NCBI GenBank assembly: GCA_019639135.1 | Contig: JAHBSL010000019.1 | Span: forward strand, 33,134-97,133 | Length of the DNA stretch: 64,000 bases | Direction: 5' to 3' | Source of the DNA: Acidobacteriota bacterium | Lineage (GTDB): Bacteria; Acidobacteriota; Blastocatellia; Pyrinomonadales; Pyrinomonadaceae | Shown: piece after piece, positions 1-9,601 of the stretch | How the letters are laid out: each line of letters opens with the position of its first letter | Position numbering within the stretch: the stretch's first letter is position 1 | Notes under the pieces: generated by a model | The model's input: only the letters and a program-made list of their open reading frames with translations | What the model was told of the DNA's origin: nothing | The model's database searches: none | Made by a program: the position numbers and the translations under genes

Positions 1-423
1 GCTCGCCGATTTCAGATGGTCGCCTGCAAGAATGCCGAGACCGCCGGAATAATTCGGCAGCGAATTGTGCACGCCATACTCGGCGCAAAAGTACGCAGCC
101 GGATGCTCGGGCGTCGGGCCGTTGTCAAACGAACGCGCGGGCTCGGCCATGTAGGCGTCGAACCTTGCGGCAAAGTCGTTCAGCTTCGCGACGTATTCGT
201 CATCGGCCGCCTTTTGCCAAAGCCGAAACTCGCCGACCTCCTCAAGCACTTTAAGCGGATGCTGCTCGTACTTGTCCCAGATGGTCGGAGCGATATCGCG
301 AAAAAGCTCGACGCCCTCCGGATGCCACGACCAATAAAAGTTGCGTGCTATCCGGTCAAGTGCCTCGATCGGCTTTGGAAGCTCGGCTCCAAATGGGCGG
401 AATGAGCGAAACGTAAGATCCAT
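1..423 (-). CDS. glgP: alpha-glucan (glycogen/maltodextrin) phosphorylase, first 141 codons; the gene runs off the left edge
   Basis: Absent from the ORF track because it has no stop in the window. Reverse translation from the ATG (complement of 421-423) gives MDLTFRSFRPFGAELPKPIEALDRIARNFYWSWHPEGVELFRDI...YFCAEYGVHNSLPNYSGGLGILAGDHLKSAS. This shows the N-terminal DUF3417-type region and the YSGGLGxLAGD motif of GT35 alpha-glucan phosphorylases. The listed + ORF 16..405 is its antisense shadow. Confidence 0.8.
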   Translation of the reverse strand, partial: MDLTFRSFRPFGAELPKPIEALDRIARNFYWSWHPEGVELFRDIAPTIWDKYEQHPLKVLEEVGEFRLWQKAADDEYVAKLNDFAARFDAYMAEPARSFDNGPTPEHPAAYFCAEYGVHNSLPNYSGGLGILAGDHLKSAS

Positions 424-558
424 TCGTTCGGTTGCTGCCTGCATTAATTACAAAGAAAGGATGAGGTTCGAGAGTAATTAAAGCAGAACTATAAAGCAAC
501 CGGCAGGGAGTTTCAAAGAACGAAACGCCGGTTCTCTGAGATCACACTGGGCAAAAGA

Positions 559-1299
559 CTATTTGAGGTCGGTCTCGGCGAGCCTTCCGACCGGCATAAG
601 GCGATAGTGGACGGCTACGAGAATGCCGAAAACCAGTCCGATGCCGACAAGAATCCCGGTGATCCTCAGATAGTTTGGGAAATTGCCAAGGCCGATCCAG
701 TACCACAAAAGCCCCATCGGAATGCCGCCGGCGGCAAAAAATGCCGCAATGCCGGCCATTCCCTTCCAGCCTGCCCTCGTTCGCCACTCGCGGTCGCGAA
801 AGATCAGGCCTTTCCAGCGGTCGTATTCCCAACCCACTAGATAAAGCCCGGCCAATGCCATCAAGATCGTTATCAACCAAGTTCCGACGAACCCGACCGA
901 GCTCGTCAGGATCGCAATGTTCACGATGATCGGAAAGAACATCAGGGCACCGAGGTGCGAGGTCCGAGGGATGAGCAAAAGTATCGCCGCGATGAGCTGC
1001 GACCATCCGAGAAAGTTGTAGTAAAAGCCCGTGTTATATAGAGCATTGAAATAGGCACCTACGGGGTTCGAATCCGGCAGCACCGTGAAGGGCTGGTTCA
1101 TTATCTTCGGGATGCTCGGCGGAATGAACGCGAGCCCCAAAAGTACGCGAACAAATGCAGTATAAACCTGCGCCCAGCGACGCTTGATGACCGAACCGTG
1201 TATGCCGTCGAGTATCTGTTCAATGCCCATAGCTATCCGTTTCCCGGGATATATAACGTCGCCGAGCGGGCAAAAGGTTTCAGGAATCTTGAGGCTCAC
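559..1299 (-). CDS. polytopic membrane protein, DoxX-like (about 6 TM helices)
   Basis: 246-aa ORF with repeated hydrophobic helices ([91 protein letters not shown]). The family assignment is only by general resemblance. The start is uncertain: GTG at 1299 or ATG at 1230. Confidence 0.45.
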   Translation of the reverse strand: MSLKIPETFCPLGDVIYPGKRIAMGIEQILDGIHGSVIKRRWAQVYTAFVRVLLGLAFIPPSIPKIMNQPFTVLPDSNPVGAYFNALYNTGFYYNFLGWSQLIAAILLLIPRTSHLGALMFFPIIVNIAILTSSVGFVGTWLITILMALAGLYLVGWEYDRWKGLIFRDREWRTRAGWKGMAGIAAFFAAGGIPMGLLWYWIGLGNFPNYLRITGILVGIGLVFGILVAVHYRLMPVGRLAETDLK

Positions 1300-1373
1300 A
1301 GCGTTTTCGTTTAGAGTTCAAGTTTTGGCACATTGTGTTTCGGGCCGCCTTCGCGGGCCCGCCGAACGAACTT

Positions 1374-2426
1374 ATGAATCTCAATATCATTCCCGTTAAA
1401 TGGTCCGACGAAGGCGTCCTGATGCTCGATCAGCGGCTGCTCCCGACCGAGGAAAAATGGCTGACGCTCCGCACCTATGACGAAGTTGCGGCCGGCATCA
1501 AGGACATGGTCGTCCGCGGCGCACCGGCGATCGGCGTTTCTGCCGCTTACGGCATCGCGTTAGGGCTCAACCAGTTCGTTGGCACGGATATCGCGGACCT
1601 CGAGGAAGAGCTCGATTACATTTCCGATGTGATCGGCCGGACGCGTCCGACCGCGGTCAATCTCTTCTGGGCCATCGACCGGATGAAGCGAACATTTGCC
1701 AAAGCCAAGGCCGAGGGCCGGACCGTCTCTGAGATAAAGCAGATAATGATCGCCGACGCCAAGGCAATTCACGACGAGGACATCGAATCGCAGCGGCTTA
1801 TCGCCAAGTTCGGCGGCGAGCTGATCGACGACAACGCTACGGTCCTGACCCATTGCAATGCCGGAGCACTCGCGACCGGCGGCGTCTGGGGCACCGCACT
1901 CGGCGTAATCCGCGGTGCGGTCGATCAGGGAAAAAAGGTCTCGGTCATCGCCGATGAAACGCGGCCGTATCTGCAGGGTGCTCGCCTGACCGCCTGGGAA
2001 CTCCTGCAGGACGACATCCCCGTTACGCTCATAACCGACAATATGAGCGGCCATATGATGAAACGCGGCGAGGTGCAGGCGGTGGTCGTCGGCAGCGACC
2101 GCATCGCGGCAAATGGCGACGTCGCGAACAAGATCGGCACCTACATGGTCGCCGTACTTGCCCGCCGGCATGGAATTCCCTTCTATGTCGCTGCCCCGCT
2201 CTCGACCGTCGATCTCAACTGCCCGACCGGCGACGACATCCCGATCGAGGAACGCGACAGACGCGAGATCACCCACGTCAAAGACATTCAGCTTGCCCCC
2301 GAGGGCATCGGCATTTCGAACTACGCTTTTGACGTCACGCCGAACGACCTCGTCACGGCGATCATCACCGAAAAAGGCGTCGCCCGGGCTCCGTACACAG
2401 AGAGCCTAAAGGCACAATTCGATTAG
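1374..2426 (+). CDS. mtnA: S-methyl-5-thioribose-1-phosphate isomerase (eIF-2B alpha/beta/delta family)
   Basis: [60 protein letters not shown]... is the canonical MtnA N-terminus, and the length (350 aa) fits. I prefer ATG 1374 over the track start at 1335. Confidence 0.9.
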   Translation: MNLNIIPVKWSDEGVLMLDQRLLPTEEKWLTLRTYDEVAAGIKDMVVRGAPAIGVSAAYGIALGLNQFVGTDIADLEEELDYISDVIGRTRPTAVNLFWAIDRMKRTFAKAKAEGRTVSEIKQIMIADAKAIHDEDIESQRLIAKFGGELIDDNATVLTHCNAGALATGGVWGTALGVIRGAVDQGKKVSVIADETRPYLQGARLTAWELLQDDIPVTLITDNMSGHMMKRGEVQAVVVGSDRIAANGDVANKIGTYMVAVLARRHGIPFYVAAPLSTVDLNCPTGDDIPIEERDRREITHVKDIQLAPEGIGISNYAFDVTPNDLVTAIITEKGVARAPYTESLKAQFD

Positions 2427-2449
2427 CAGAACTCACAACCTCAAAACAG

Positions 2450-2478
2450 AAAAGCCGGGCGATCAACCCGGCTTTTCA
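2450..2478. terminator. bidirectional rho-independent terminator between convergent mtnA and the TonB-like gene
   Basis: Hairpin AGCCGGG(2453-2459)-cgatcaa-CCCGGCT(2467-2473), flanked by an A-run upstream and TTTT downstream. Confidence 0.7.
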
Positions 2479-2496
2479 CGTTTAGCCAGCTTCTTT

Positions 2497-3828
2497 TTAA
2501 TACATCGTGAACGAGTATTCGATGGTTCTCGTCACCGCGCTCGGAATGCCGTTCCGTTTCGGCGGTTCGAAGCGGATGTTGCGTGCCGCCGCGATCGCCT
2601 GCTCGGTAAGGCCATTCGGGAGCCCCCGTACGGTCGAGATCGGGCCGATGCTTCCATTCGCGAGGAACGTGACACGAAGAACGACCGTGCCCTGTGTCCC
2701 GTTCTTACGAGCCGCTTCCGTGTAACCAGGACGGGGCTTCGCAACGATCTTCAAGGCAGTCGTCGGTCCGACCGCTACCGGTGGAGGTGGGCCGTTACTT
2801 CCTGAACCGCGTCCACCACCATTGCCATCGCCGATACCGTCACCGCTTCCGGAGCCAACCCCGCTTCCCGTACCCGTTCCGCGTCCGCTGCCCTGTCCGG
2901 TGCCTACGCCGGTACCCTGGCCGCCGCCCGTGCCCGGGCCATTAGAAAGGCCGGCATATTTAGAATTCGGGTCGCCCCAGCGTTCAAATTCCTTCGGGAA
3001 CTTACGGTCGCCGTCCGTTTGCGGCGGAGGGGTCTTTAGTTCAAAATTATCGCTTCGGAAAACTCGTGCATCCGGCGGACGCGTCGGGTTTCGTGACTGA
3101 TCGGCAAGGTCGCCCTGGCTTACTGGTTCTTTTTCGTCACGGCCACCGCCGCCACCGCCACCGCCTTTTTCATTGTTCCTTTTCTGCTCTTCAACTTCAT
3201 CGACCGGCATCGGCACCGAGTCGAGCAGATAGGCCAGCGACTGCGAGTCGCCGATCGAGCCAACTCCAAGTTCTTTATTAAAGAGAGAATAGCCCCACGA
3301 ACTAACGGCAACCGTCAGCACGAGAAACGTTGCCCCGAGAAGAAGGGCATTCCTCTGCTTGCCCGGACTTTCCTGAATGACGGTAATGTAATAGCCGTCA
3401 TCGTCGTGGTCATAGGTTGCGTTTGAGCTATGCGTTGCCGTGTAGGCATTCGGTTCAAAGAACGCCGCGGCCGAGGTCGGAAGCCTCTCCGGCTGCGGTT
3501 CTTCTACCTCGATCTCCTGAACCTCGTCGTGATATGAGTTGAATTCCTCAACTTCGGCCGCCGGCATGGTTTCGAAAACCTCTTCCGCCGGTTGATCGGC
3601 ACTGCCGAGCTCGAGAATTTCCTCCTCGACCGCTGCCGCCTCTACCTGAGGCTCGGCCACCGGCTCCGGAGCAGGCTCTTCCAAGAATACGGGCGAGGGC
3701 GGTGCGGCCTCTTGCCCGATCGGGTTCATTTCATAAGCTTGCAGTTCGCTGCCGCAATCGGGACAGAAAGTGAACCTCTCCGCAAACCCTTCGTCGCATT
3801 TACCGCAATACTTTACGATCTTTGCCAT
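2497..3828 (-). CDS. zinc-ribbon / TonB C-terminal domain protein (energy transducer TonB family)
   Basis: N-terminal CxxC...CxxC zinc ribbon (YCGKCDEGFAERFTFCPDCG), an acidic Pro/Glu-rich linker and one TM helix (ALLLGATFLVLTVAVSSWGY). A poly-Gly and Gly/Ser/Thr-rich spacer follows. The C-terminal TonB_C-like domain reads KIVAKPRPGYTEAARKNGTQGTVVLRVTFLANGSIG...RFEPPKRNGIPSAV. Confidence 0.8.
   Translation of the reverse strand: MAKIVKYCGKCDEGFAERFTFCPDCGSELQAYEMNPIGQEAAPPSPVFLEEPAPEPVAEPQVEAAAVEEEILELGSADQPAEEVFETMPAAEVEEFNSYHDEVQEIEVEEPQPERLPTSAAAFFEPNAYTATHSSNATYDHDDDGYYITVIQESPGKQRNALLLGATFLVLTVAVSSWGYSLFNKELGVGSIGDSQSLAYLLDSVPMPVDEVEEQKRNNEKGGGGGGGGRDEKEPVSQGDLADQSRNPTRPPDARVFRSDNFELKTPPPQTDGDRKFPKEFERWGDPNSKYAGLSNGPGTGGGQGTGVGTGQGSGRGTGTGSGVGSGSGDGIGDGNGGGRGSGSNGPPPPVAVGPTTALKIVAKPRPGYTEAARKNGTQGTVVLRVTFLANGSIGPISTVRGLPNGLTEQAIAAARNIRFEPPKRNGIPSAVTRTIEYSFTMY
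2790..2945 (-). repeat. coding low-complexity Gly-rich tract (G-x-G repeats) inside the TonB-like gene; a second (GGN)8 poly-Gly run lies at 3141-3164
   Basis: Translates to GPGTGGGQGTGVGTGQGSGRGTGTGSGVGSGSGDGIGDGNGGGRGSGSNG. At the DNA level it is an imperfect GGN/NCC periodicity, and ggccaccgccgccaccgccaccgcc at 3141-3165 encodes GGGGGGGG. Confidence 0.8.
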
Positions 3829-4116
3829 TTTCCGCTTCTCCTCTGCGTCCTGTGGGTGAAAGCAGGTAAAACCATCTAACTAAATATTATAACGCGTTTC
3901 GCCGCAATGTTAAGTATTAAGTTGCCAAACAAAGATTGAAACGCCGGGCGTCCTTCCAAAGTTTCTAGATGCTTTCTATATGGGCGGCGATGCCTATAGT
4001 TAATTTTTTTCTTTAACTAAGCGGGCGGCGGGAAAATCGTCAATCTCGGTTACAACACTCTGATGGAATTTTGCAACTAAAAAGGTTACCATTTCTCTTT
4101 TCGACACCGTTCAAAG

Positions 4117-5415
4117 ATGTTCACAAACGCTATTTTAGCCAGATCGTTCGCCGTTTTTGCCCTCGTGGCCGTACTTGCCGGTTCGTCGGCGGCGCAGCGG
4201 CCCGGAAGCGGCATTCCGAGGCAGGTAAAGCTGCTCAACGGCATGCGGGTCATTATGTTTGCCGATCCAGCGGACCGCATCGACGTTCGCCTCCGCGTTC
4301 ACTCCGGAGCGGCATTCGACCCGCAAGGCAAGGAAGGCCTGATGTGTTTACTCTCCGATGCGATCTTTCCGAACCAGGCTTCACGCGACTTCTTTACCGA
4401 CCTTGGCGGCAGCCTGCAGGTCACCTGCAATTACGATTTCATCGAGATAGCTGCGTCGTCGAACCAGGAAGGCTTTCTGACGATGCTCGAAACGCTGGCC
4501 GCTGCGGTCGCGACACCAACTATTGATAAGGACGTGACCGCAGCAATCAAGGGCGAAGCGATAAAGCGAGCGGCGGAGATCGAAAAGCAGCCGGCCTATG
4601 CGGCCGATATCGCCGCCGCGTCACATCTGCTCGGCACATTCCCTTACGGACGTCCGGCCAATGGAACGCCTGCGACGATCGAAAAGATCGACTTTGCCGA
4701 TCTCCGGTTTGCCTACGGACGTTTTTTCGGTGCAGATAACGCAACGCTTTCGCTCAGCGGCCGCTACGAAAGCGAACTCGCCTATCGGGCGGTTCGCCGG
4801 TTCTTCGGAGCCTGGAAGAAATCGGATGGCCGCGTGCCGCCGACCTTTCGCCAACCCGACCCGCCGGAAACTGCGATGAAAACGGTCAAATCACCCGTCG
4901 CCGGAACCGGTGAACTACGAATGGCCGCTCGCGGAACATCACGAAGCTCACGTGACTATCCCGCCTCGCTCGTTGCCGCAAAAGTGGTCGAAGCTCGGCT
5001 AAAGTCGGCGTCGCCGTCCGATAAACGAGATCTCGTCTCGGTAGCGAATAACGCGAACATACTGCCCGGAACCTTTGTCATCCGCTTTTCGGATATCGGC
5101 CGGCCGGCGTCTTCCGATTCCGCCGCAAAGCCGGTCGAGTTCAACGAGATCGTTCCAAAGGCACTCGGCGACCGCATTTCGCAGGCTGAGTTCGATGCGG
5201 CAAAGCGGCTCGTCCTTGCCGAGCGGGTATTGATCGATCCGATGACGCTCTGGCTGGACACCCATACTTACGATCTGCGTTCGGTAAAGGCAGAGTCAGA
5301 TGCATTCACCGCCGTTTCGCTTGCCGATGTGCAGGCTTTTGTCGATAAGCTACGCGGCACGCCGATGGTCTCGCTGTTACTTTTTACGCCCAACGAGGAG
5401 AACGCGGAAAACTAG
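4117..5415 (+). CDS. M16 (pitrilysin/insulinase) family protein, probably a non-catalytic homologue, secreted
   Basis: Signal peptide MFTNAILARSFAVFALVAVLAGSSAAQ. M16-like N-terminal fold signature: VHSGAAFDPQGKEGLMCLLSDAIF. The position where active M16 enzymes carry HxxEH reads CLLSD. The two-lobed length (432 aa) fits the family. Confidence 0.65.
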   Translation: MFTNAILARSFAVFALVAVLAGSSAAQRPGSGIPRQVKLLNGMRVIMFADPADRIDVRLRVHSGAAFDPQGKEGLMCLLSDAIFPNQASRDFFTDLGGSLQVTCNYDFIEIAASSNQEGFLTMLETLAAAVATPTIDKDVTAAIKGEAIKRAAEIEKQPAYAADIAAASHLLGTFPYGRPANGTPATIEKIDFADLRFAYGRFFGADNATLSLSGRYESELAYRAVRRFFGAWKKSDGRVPPTFRQPDPPETAMKTVKSPVAGTGELRMAARGTSRSSRDYPASLVAAKVVEARLKSASPSDKRDLVSVANNANILPGTFVIRFSDIGRPASSDSAAKPVEFNEIVPKALGDRISQAEFDAAKRLVLAERVLIDPMTLWLDTHTYDLRSVKAESDAFTAVSLADVQAFVDKLRGTPMVSLLLFTPNEENAEN

Positions 5416-6137
5416 TGCAGCCCGAACGTTCACTTCGCGAATTGGAGCATGCTCGTGCCGTTCGTTCGATGTTTTCGGGCATCGCTCGGCGTTATGACCT
5501 GCTCAATCACGTTCTCTCCGGCAACACTGACAAACGCTGGCGGCGAAAGGTCCGAGCCCTTCTCGATGACACTCTTGCCGATGAGAACGCAGTCGTGCTC
5601 GACGTAGCCTGCGGCACCGGCGATCTTTCCATCGAACTAAAAACGAACGCGAAGGCACGCGTTATCGGGAGCGATTTTTGCCACCCGATGCTCGCCGTCG
5701 CCCGCGAAAAGACCGAGAGGATCCCCTGGATTGAGGGCGATGCTTTGGCGATGCCCTTCGGCGATGAGTCGTTCAATGCCGTCACGATAGCGTTCGGGCT
5801 TCGCAACCTCGCAAATTTCCGCGATGGGCTCGTCGAGCTACGCCGCATCCTAAAGCCGGGCGGGCGGCTCGTGGTGCTTGAGTTCTCTTCGCCCGTAGTT
5901 CCCGGCTTTAGGCAGGCGTTCAATTTCTACTTTACCCGCGTTCTTCCGCGGATCGGCGGCATCGTCAGCGGCGACCGTGGCGCATATGAATACCTGCCCG
6001 ATTCCGTCTCCAAGTTTCCCGACCAGAAGGCACTCGCTGCACTGATGCGCGACTGTGGCTTCGATGATGTAGAATATCGGAATCTGACCGGCGGCATCGC
6101 CGCGATACACACCGGGCTGCGATCGCCGGCTGCGTGA
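5415..6137 (+). CDS. ubiE: demethylmenaquinone / ubiquinone biosynthesis C-methyltransferase
   Basis: VRSMFSGIARRYDLLNHVLSGNTDKRWRRK is the UbiE/MenG signature block. SAM motif I is VLDVACGTGDLS, followed by LKPGGRLVVLEFS. The GTG start overlaps the upstream stop (TAGTG at 5413-5417). Confidence 0.85.
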   Translation: MQPERSLRELEHARAVRSMFSGIARRYDLLNHVLSGNTDKRWRRKVRALLDDTLADENAVVLDVACGTGDLSIELKTNAKARVIGSDFCHPMLAVAREKTERIPWIEGDALAMPFGDESFNAVTIAFGLRNLANFRDGLVELRRILKPGGRLVVLEFSSPVVPGFRQAFNFYFTRVLPRIGGIVSGDRGAYEYLPDSVSKFPDQKALAALMRDCGFDDVEYRNLTGGIAAIHTGLRSPAA

Positions 6138-6168
6138 ACGAAAGCCGAACCGCGTTTCCGGATCTCTG

Positions 6169-7149
6169 ATGAAATACAAGCTCCTCAGCTTTGCAAGGCA
6201 GGCAGGCCTGATCGTCCTGGTCGCGTGGACCGTCGTCTCGCTCGTAACGTTCCTTATCGAATTCGTGCCGGGTTCGCCGGCGACCGCGATCCTCGGCGAA
6301 ACGGCAACGCAGGAGCAGATCGACAACTTTAACCGCAAACATGGGCTGGACCGCCCGGCTTTCTTCTTCTCGATCAGTACGGAAGAAGGCTTCGAATGGC
6401 ACGGCCTCGATAACCGCTATTACGAGTATTTTGCCGGGCTGCTTCGCGGCGATCTTGGTACGTCGTTTCGGACGGACCGGCCCGTTTTGGATATGATCCT
6501 CGAGCGGTATCCGGCAACGATAAAACTCGCCGTGGCCTCGATGCTTGTGGCTATCGGTATCGCAATTCCGCTCGGAATTCTTGCCGGAACTAACAAGGGC
6601 AAGATCATCGACAACTTTGCGTCGTTCATCGCTCTGCTCGGCATTTCGCTGCCGACCTTTGTCGTCGGGCCGTTCCTTGTCTATATCTTTGCAGTACAAC
6701 TTGAGATCTTCCGCCCGACTGGAAGTTTGTATCCCGAGGACATAATTTTGCCCGCGGTGACGCTCGGGGCGGCACTTTCGGCAATATTGACGCGAATGGT
6801 CCGTTCGAGCGTTATAGAAGAACTCGGAGAAGACTATGTAAGGACCGCGCGTGCGAAAGGACTCAGCGAACGCACGGTGATATACAAACACGTCCTCAAA
6901 AACGGGCTTATTCCGGTCGTTACGATCCTAGGCCTTCAGCTTGGCGTGCTGCTTGCCGGCTCGATCATTACAGAGAAGATCTTTAGCTGGCAGGGCCTTG
7001 GCCTGCTCTTGCTTGATGAGGGCATTGCCAAACGCGACTATCGGCTTGTGCAGGGCTGCGTGCTCGTTATCAGCCTGACGTATATTCTGGCCAATACGCT
7101 TACCGATGTCGTTTACCGTTGGCTCGACCCGCGTATTCGGCTGAACTAG
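6169..7149 (+). CDS. ABC transporter permease, DppB/OppB (peptide/nickel) family
   Basis: 326 aa. The N-terminal TM is followed by FLIEFVPGSPATAILGE. The EAA-type loop is YVRTARAKGLSERTVIYKHVLKNGLIPVVT, as in the BPD_transp_1 family. Confidence 0.85.
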   Translation: MKYKLLSFARQAGLIVLVAWTVVSLVTFLIEFVPGSPATAILGETATQEQIDNFNRKHGLDRPAFFFSISTEEGFEWHGLDNRYYEYFAGLLRGDLGTSFRTDRPVLDMILERYPATIKLAVASMLVAIGIAIPLGILAGTNKGKIIDNFASFIALLGISLPTFVVGPFLVYIFAVQLEIFRPTGSLYPEDIILPAVTLGAALSAILTRMVRSSVIEELGEDYVRTARAKGLSERTVIYKHVLKNGLIPVVTILGLQLGVLLAGSIITEKIFSWQGLGLLLLDEGIAKRDYRLVQGCVLVISLTYILANTLTDVVYRWLDPRIRLN

Positions 7150-7959
7150 ATGAATCGCCTGACCTACATCGGACTTGTGATCGCTTCTGTCGTCATTTTC
7201 GTGGCGATATTTGCCCCGTTTTTGGCGACGCACGATGTAACCGCACAGAACCTCGAACTTCGTTTTGCCGCGCCATCGGCCGAACACTGGTTCGGCACGG
7301 ACGGCCTCGGCCGCGACGTTTTTTCACGTGTTCTTTTTGGTGCACGAATTTCCCTTCAGGTCGGGATAATCGTCGTCGCCGTTTCGGCGGTTGTCGGTAT
7401 TTTGATAGGCTCCATCGCTGGGTTTTACGGCGGATGGGTTGACCGTATTCTCTCCGGCTATCTCTTCAACGTCTTCCTCGCGTTTCCGGGGCTGCTGCTC
7501 GCCATTGCCTTCGTCGCCTTTCTCGGAGCCGGGCTCGAGAAGCTGATCATCGCACTATGCATAATCGGTTGGGTCGGTTATGCCCGCGTCATGCGCGGGC
7601 AGGTACTCAAGGTGCGCGAATACGATTTCGTCCAGGCGGCACGTGCCCTTGGGGCGAGCAATATGCGGATACTTTTCACGCATATTTTGCCGAACGCCAT
7701 TCAGCCGCTCATCGTCCAATCCTCTCTCGGCATGGCAGGTGCCGTGCTCTCGGAGGCAACGCTTTCGTTTCTCGGCCTCGGAATTCCGCCTCCGGCTCCG
7801 AGCTGGGGAACTATGATCGAAGAAGCACGAAACTTCTTTTCGATCTATCCCCACGTTCTCTTTTTCCCGGGGGCAGCGATCGCATTGACGGTGCTTGCCT
7901 TTAACTTTCTCGGCGATGGGCTCCGCGAGTATCTCGACCCCAAACAGCGAACGCGATGA
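7150..7959 (+). CDS. ABC transporter permease, DppC/OppC family
   Basis: 269 aa with HWFGTDGLGRDVFSRVLFGARISL (OppC N-terminal signature) and FVQAARALGASNMRILFTHILPNAIQPLIV (EAA loop). It starts immediately after the upstream stop. Confidence 0.85.
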   Translation: MNRLTYIGLVIASVVIFVAIFAPFLATHDVTAQNLELRFAAPSAEHWFGTDGLGRDVFSRVLFGARISLQVGIIVVAVSAVVGILIGSIAGFYGGWVDRILSGYLFNVFLAFPGLLLAIAFVAFLGAGLEKLIIALCIIGWVGYARVMRGQVLKVREYDFVQAARALGASNMRILFTHILPNAIQPLIVQSSLGMAGAVLSEATLSFLGLGIPPPAPSWGTMIEEARNFFSIYPHVLFFPGAAIALTVLAFNFLGDGLREYLDPKQRTR

Positions 7960-8615
7960 GGATTGTTCCACTTGGCGAATCGGCAATGGTGGTCGAGTTC
8001 GGCACCGAGATCTCGCCGGAACTGAACGACTTGGCCATCGCTCTCGCTCATGATCTCCGGGCAGATCCGTTTCCCGGCTTTCGTGAGGCCATACCCTGTT
8101 TCGCTTCGGTCGGCGTTTACTTTGATCCGCTTGCGTTGCGGCTTAAAAAGGAGAATATCCACTCGAGAGTTCGTTCAGAGATCGAAGTCCGCATAGAACA
8201 CCTTTCGGTTGAAGCCTCGCTTGAGTCACGCTTGATCGAAGTTCCGGTGGAATTTTCTGATTCGGCCGGGCCCGATCTCCCGGAGATTTGCGAGACGCTT
8301 CACCTGACGAAAGTCGAATTCACTAATGCGTTTTGCGGTCGTGAATACCGCGTCTATATGCTTGGCTTTCTTCCCGGATTCGCCTACATGGGTGAGCTTG
8401 ACCCGGCGATCGCGTTTCCGAGGCTATCGACACCGCGGCTTCGCGTGCCGAAAGGCAGCGTCGGAGTAGCCGGCAGGCAGACCGGCATCTACCCGGCGGA
8501 ATCGCCGGGCGGCTGGCGGCTTATCGGCCGCACCGATCTTGAACTTTTTGACGCGAGCCGCGACGCACCGAGCCTTTTCCGGCCGGGAGACCGCGTCAGA
8601 TTTGTTGCTATTTGA
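7956..8615 (+). CDS. pxpB: 5-oxoprolinase subunit B (allophanate hydrolase subunit 1 / KipI family)
   Basis: MRIVPLGESAMVVEFG..., GFLPGFAYMGELD, RVPKGSVGVAGRQTGIYPAESPGGWRLIGRT. ATGA start/stop overlap with the permease gene. Confidence 0.85.
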   Translation: MRIVPLGESAMVVEFGTEISPELNDLAIALAHDLRADPFPGFREAIPCFASVGVYFDPLALRLKKENIHSRVRSEIEVRIEHLSVEASLESRLIEVPVEFSDSAGPDLPEICETLHLTKVEFTNAFCGREYRVYMLGFLPGFAYMGELDPAIAFPRLSTPRLRVPKGSVGVAGRQTGIYPAESPGGWRLIGRTDLELFDASRDAPSLFRPGDRVRFVAI

Positions 8616-9580
8616 TGTCGATCCTGATTCGAAAACCGGGCATTCGAACGGTCGCCCGCGACCTTGGCCGCTTTGGCCACATGGCGGCCGGGATAAACCC
8701 GACCGGAGCGATGGACACCCTTTCAGCCCGAGTGCTTAATATCTTGCTCGACAACAGCGAGAACGCCGCGGTACTCGAATTTAGCTTCCCCGCTCCCGAG
8801 ATCGCGTTTGAAACGGATGCCATTTTCTGCATCGGCGGCTGCGGGCACGAAGCGAGATTAAACGGCTCGTCGCTCCTCGCATGGCAACCGCAAAAGGCCG
8901 CGGCAGGCGACATTCTTTCGATGAAAGGGCCAGCCGAAGGAAACTTCGCTTATCTAGCTGTCGCAGGCGGATTCGATGTTCCGGATGTCCTCGGCAGCCG
9001 AACTACGAATCTGGCGGCGGGCTTTGGTGGTTATGAAGGACGGCTGTTAGCCGCCGGCGATCGCATCGCGGTCTCAGCACATGAGCGGAGCTTCATCGGA
9101 TTACAGCCCCAACTTGGCTATTCGCTCCGCCCGCAACTTGCCGATCCGGTCCGGATTCGGATCACACCCGGGCCTGAGTATCATCGCCTTACTGCGTTGA
9201 GCGAGCAGACCTTTTTGACCGATAACTTTTCGGTCGGGACGAACTCCGACCCAATGGGGTTTCGACTCACCGGCCCCCAGATATTTTCGCTCGATGAGAC
9301 CGAACTTCTTTCATCGGCCGCAGCTTTCGGTACAGTACAGTTGCTTCCCGACGGCGGCCTCGCAGTGCTGATGTCTGACCATCAAACAACCGGCGGATAT
9401 CCTCGGATCGCGGTCGTCGCGGCGGTCGATATACCGCTGCTGGCACAACTCCGGCCCGGACGCTCCTTTACGTTCGAATTGATCGAGATCGAAGTCGCCG
9501 TACAATTGCTTGTTGAGCAAGAACGAGAACTACTTTTCCTCAAAACCGGCGTTCGGCTTGCCCGCGGACAGATTTACTGA
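8615..9580 (+). CDS. pxpC: 5-oxoprolinase subunit C (allophanate hydrolase subunit 2 / KipA family)
   Basis: LIRKPGIRTVARDLGRFGHMAAGINPTGAMD, GFRLTGP, GTVQLLPDGGLAVLMSDHQTTGGYPRIAVV. TGATG overlap with pxpB. The track start at 8612 is a TTG one codon upstream. Confidence 0.85.
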   Translation: MSILIRKPGIRTVARDLGRFGHMAAGINPTGAMDTLSARVLNILLDNSENAAVLEFSFPAPEIAFETDAIFCIGGCGHEARLNGSSLLAWQPQKAAAGDILSMKGPAEGNFAYLAVAGGFDVPDVLGSRTTNLAAGFGGYEGRLLAAGDRIAVSAHERSFIGLQPQLGYSLRPQLADPVRIRITPGPEYHRLTALSEQTFLTDNFSVGTNSDPMGFRLTGPQIFSLDETELLSSAAAFGTVQLLPDGGLAVLMSDHQTTGGYPRIAVVAAVDIPLLAQLRPGRSFTFELIEIEVAVQLLVEQERELLFLKTGVRLARGQIY

Positions 9581-9601
9581 TTGAATTGGTTCGCAAATGC
9601 G

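Noticed and set aside
16-405. 129-aa + strand ORF at the left edge
   Set aside because: It is the antisense shadow of a strongly recognisable - strand alpha-glucan phosphorylase N-terminus (YSGGLGILAGD motif) that is open at the window edge. The ORF's composition is Arg/Val-rich with no family resemblance.
1560-2276. Long antisense ORFs inside well-supported genes: 1560..2276 (-), 5965..6891 (-), 18831..19394 (-), 41378..42058 (-), 55260..55763 (-)
   Set aside because: Each lies fully inside a gene with clear family signatures on the other strand. They have Arg/Ser/Pro-rich low-complexity translations typical of GC-rich antisense frames.
2790-3165. Periodic GGN/NCC DNA in the TonB-like gene, considered as a tandem repeat or CRISPR-like array
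   Set aside because: It is in-frame coding low complexity (poly-Gly and GxG) with no spacer/repeat organisation. No CRISPR arrays were seen anywhere in the window.
4117-5415. Annotating the M16 homologue as an active zinc protease
   Set aside because: The HxxEH zinc-binding motif position reads CLLSD, so only a non-catalytic M16 family assignment is supported.
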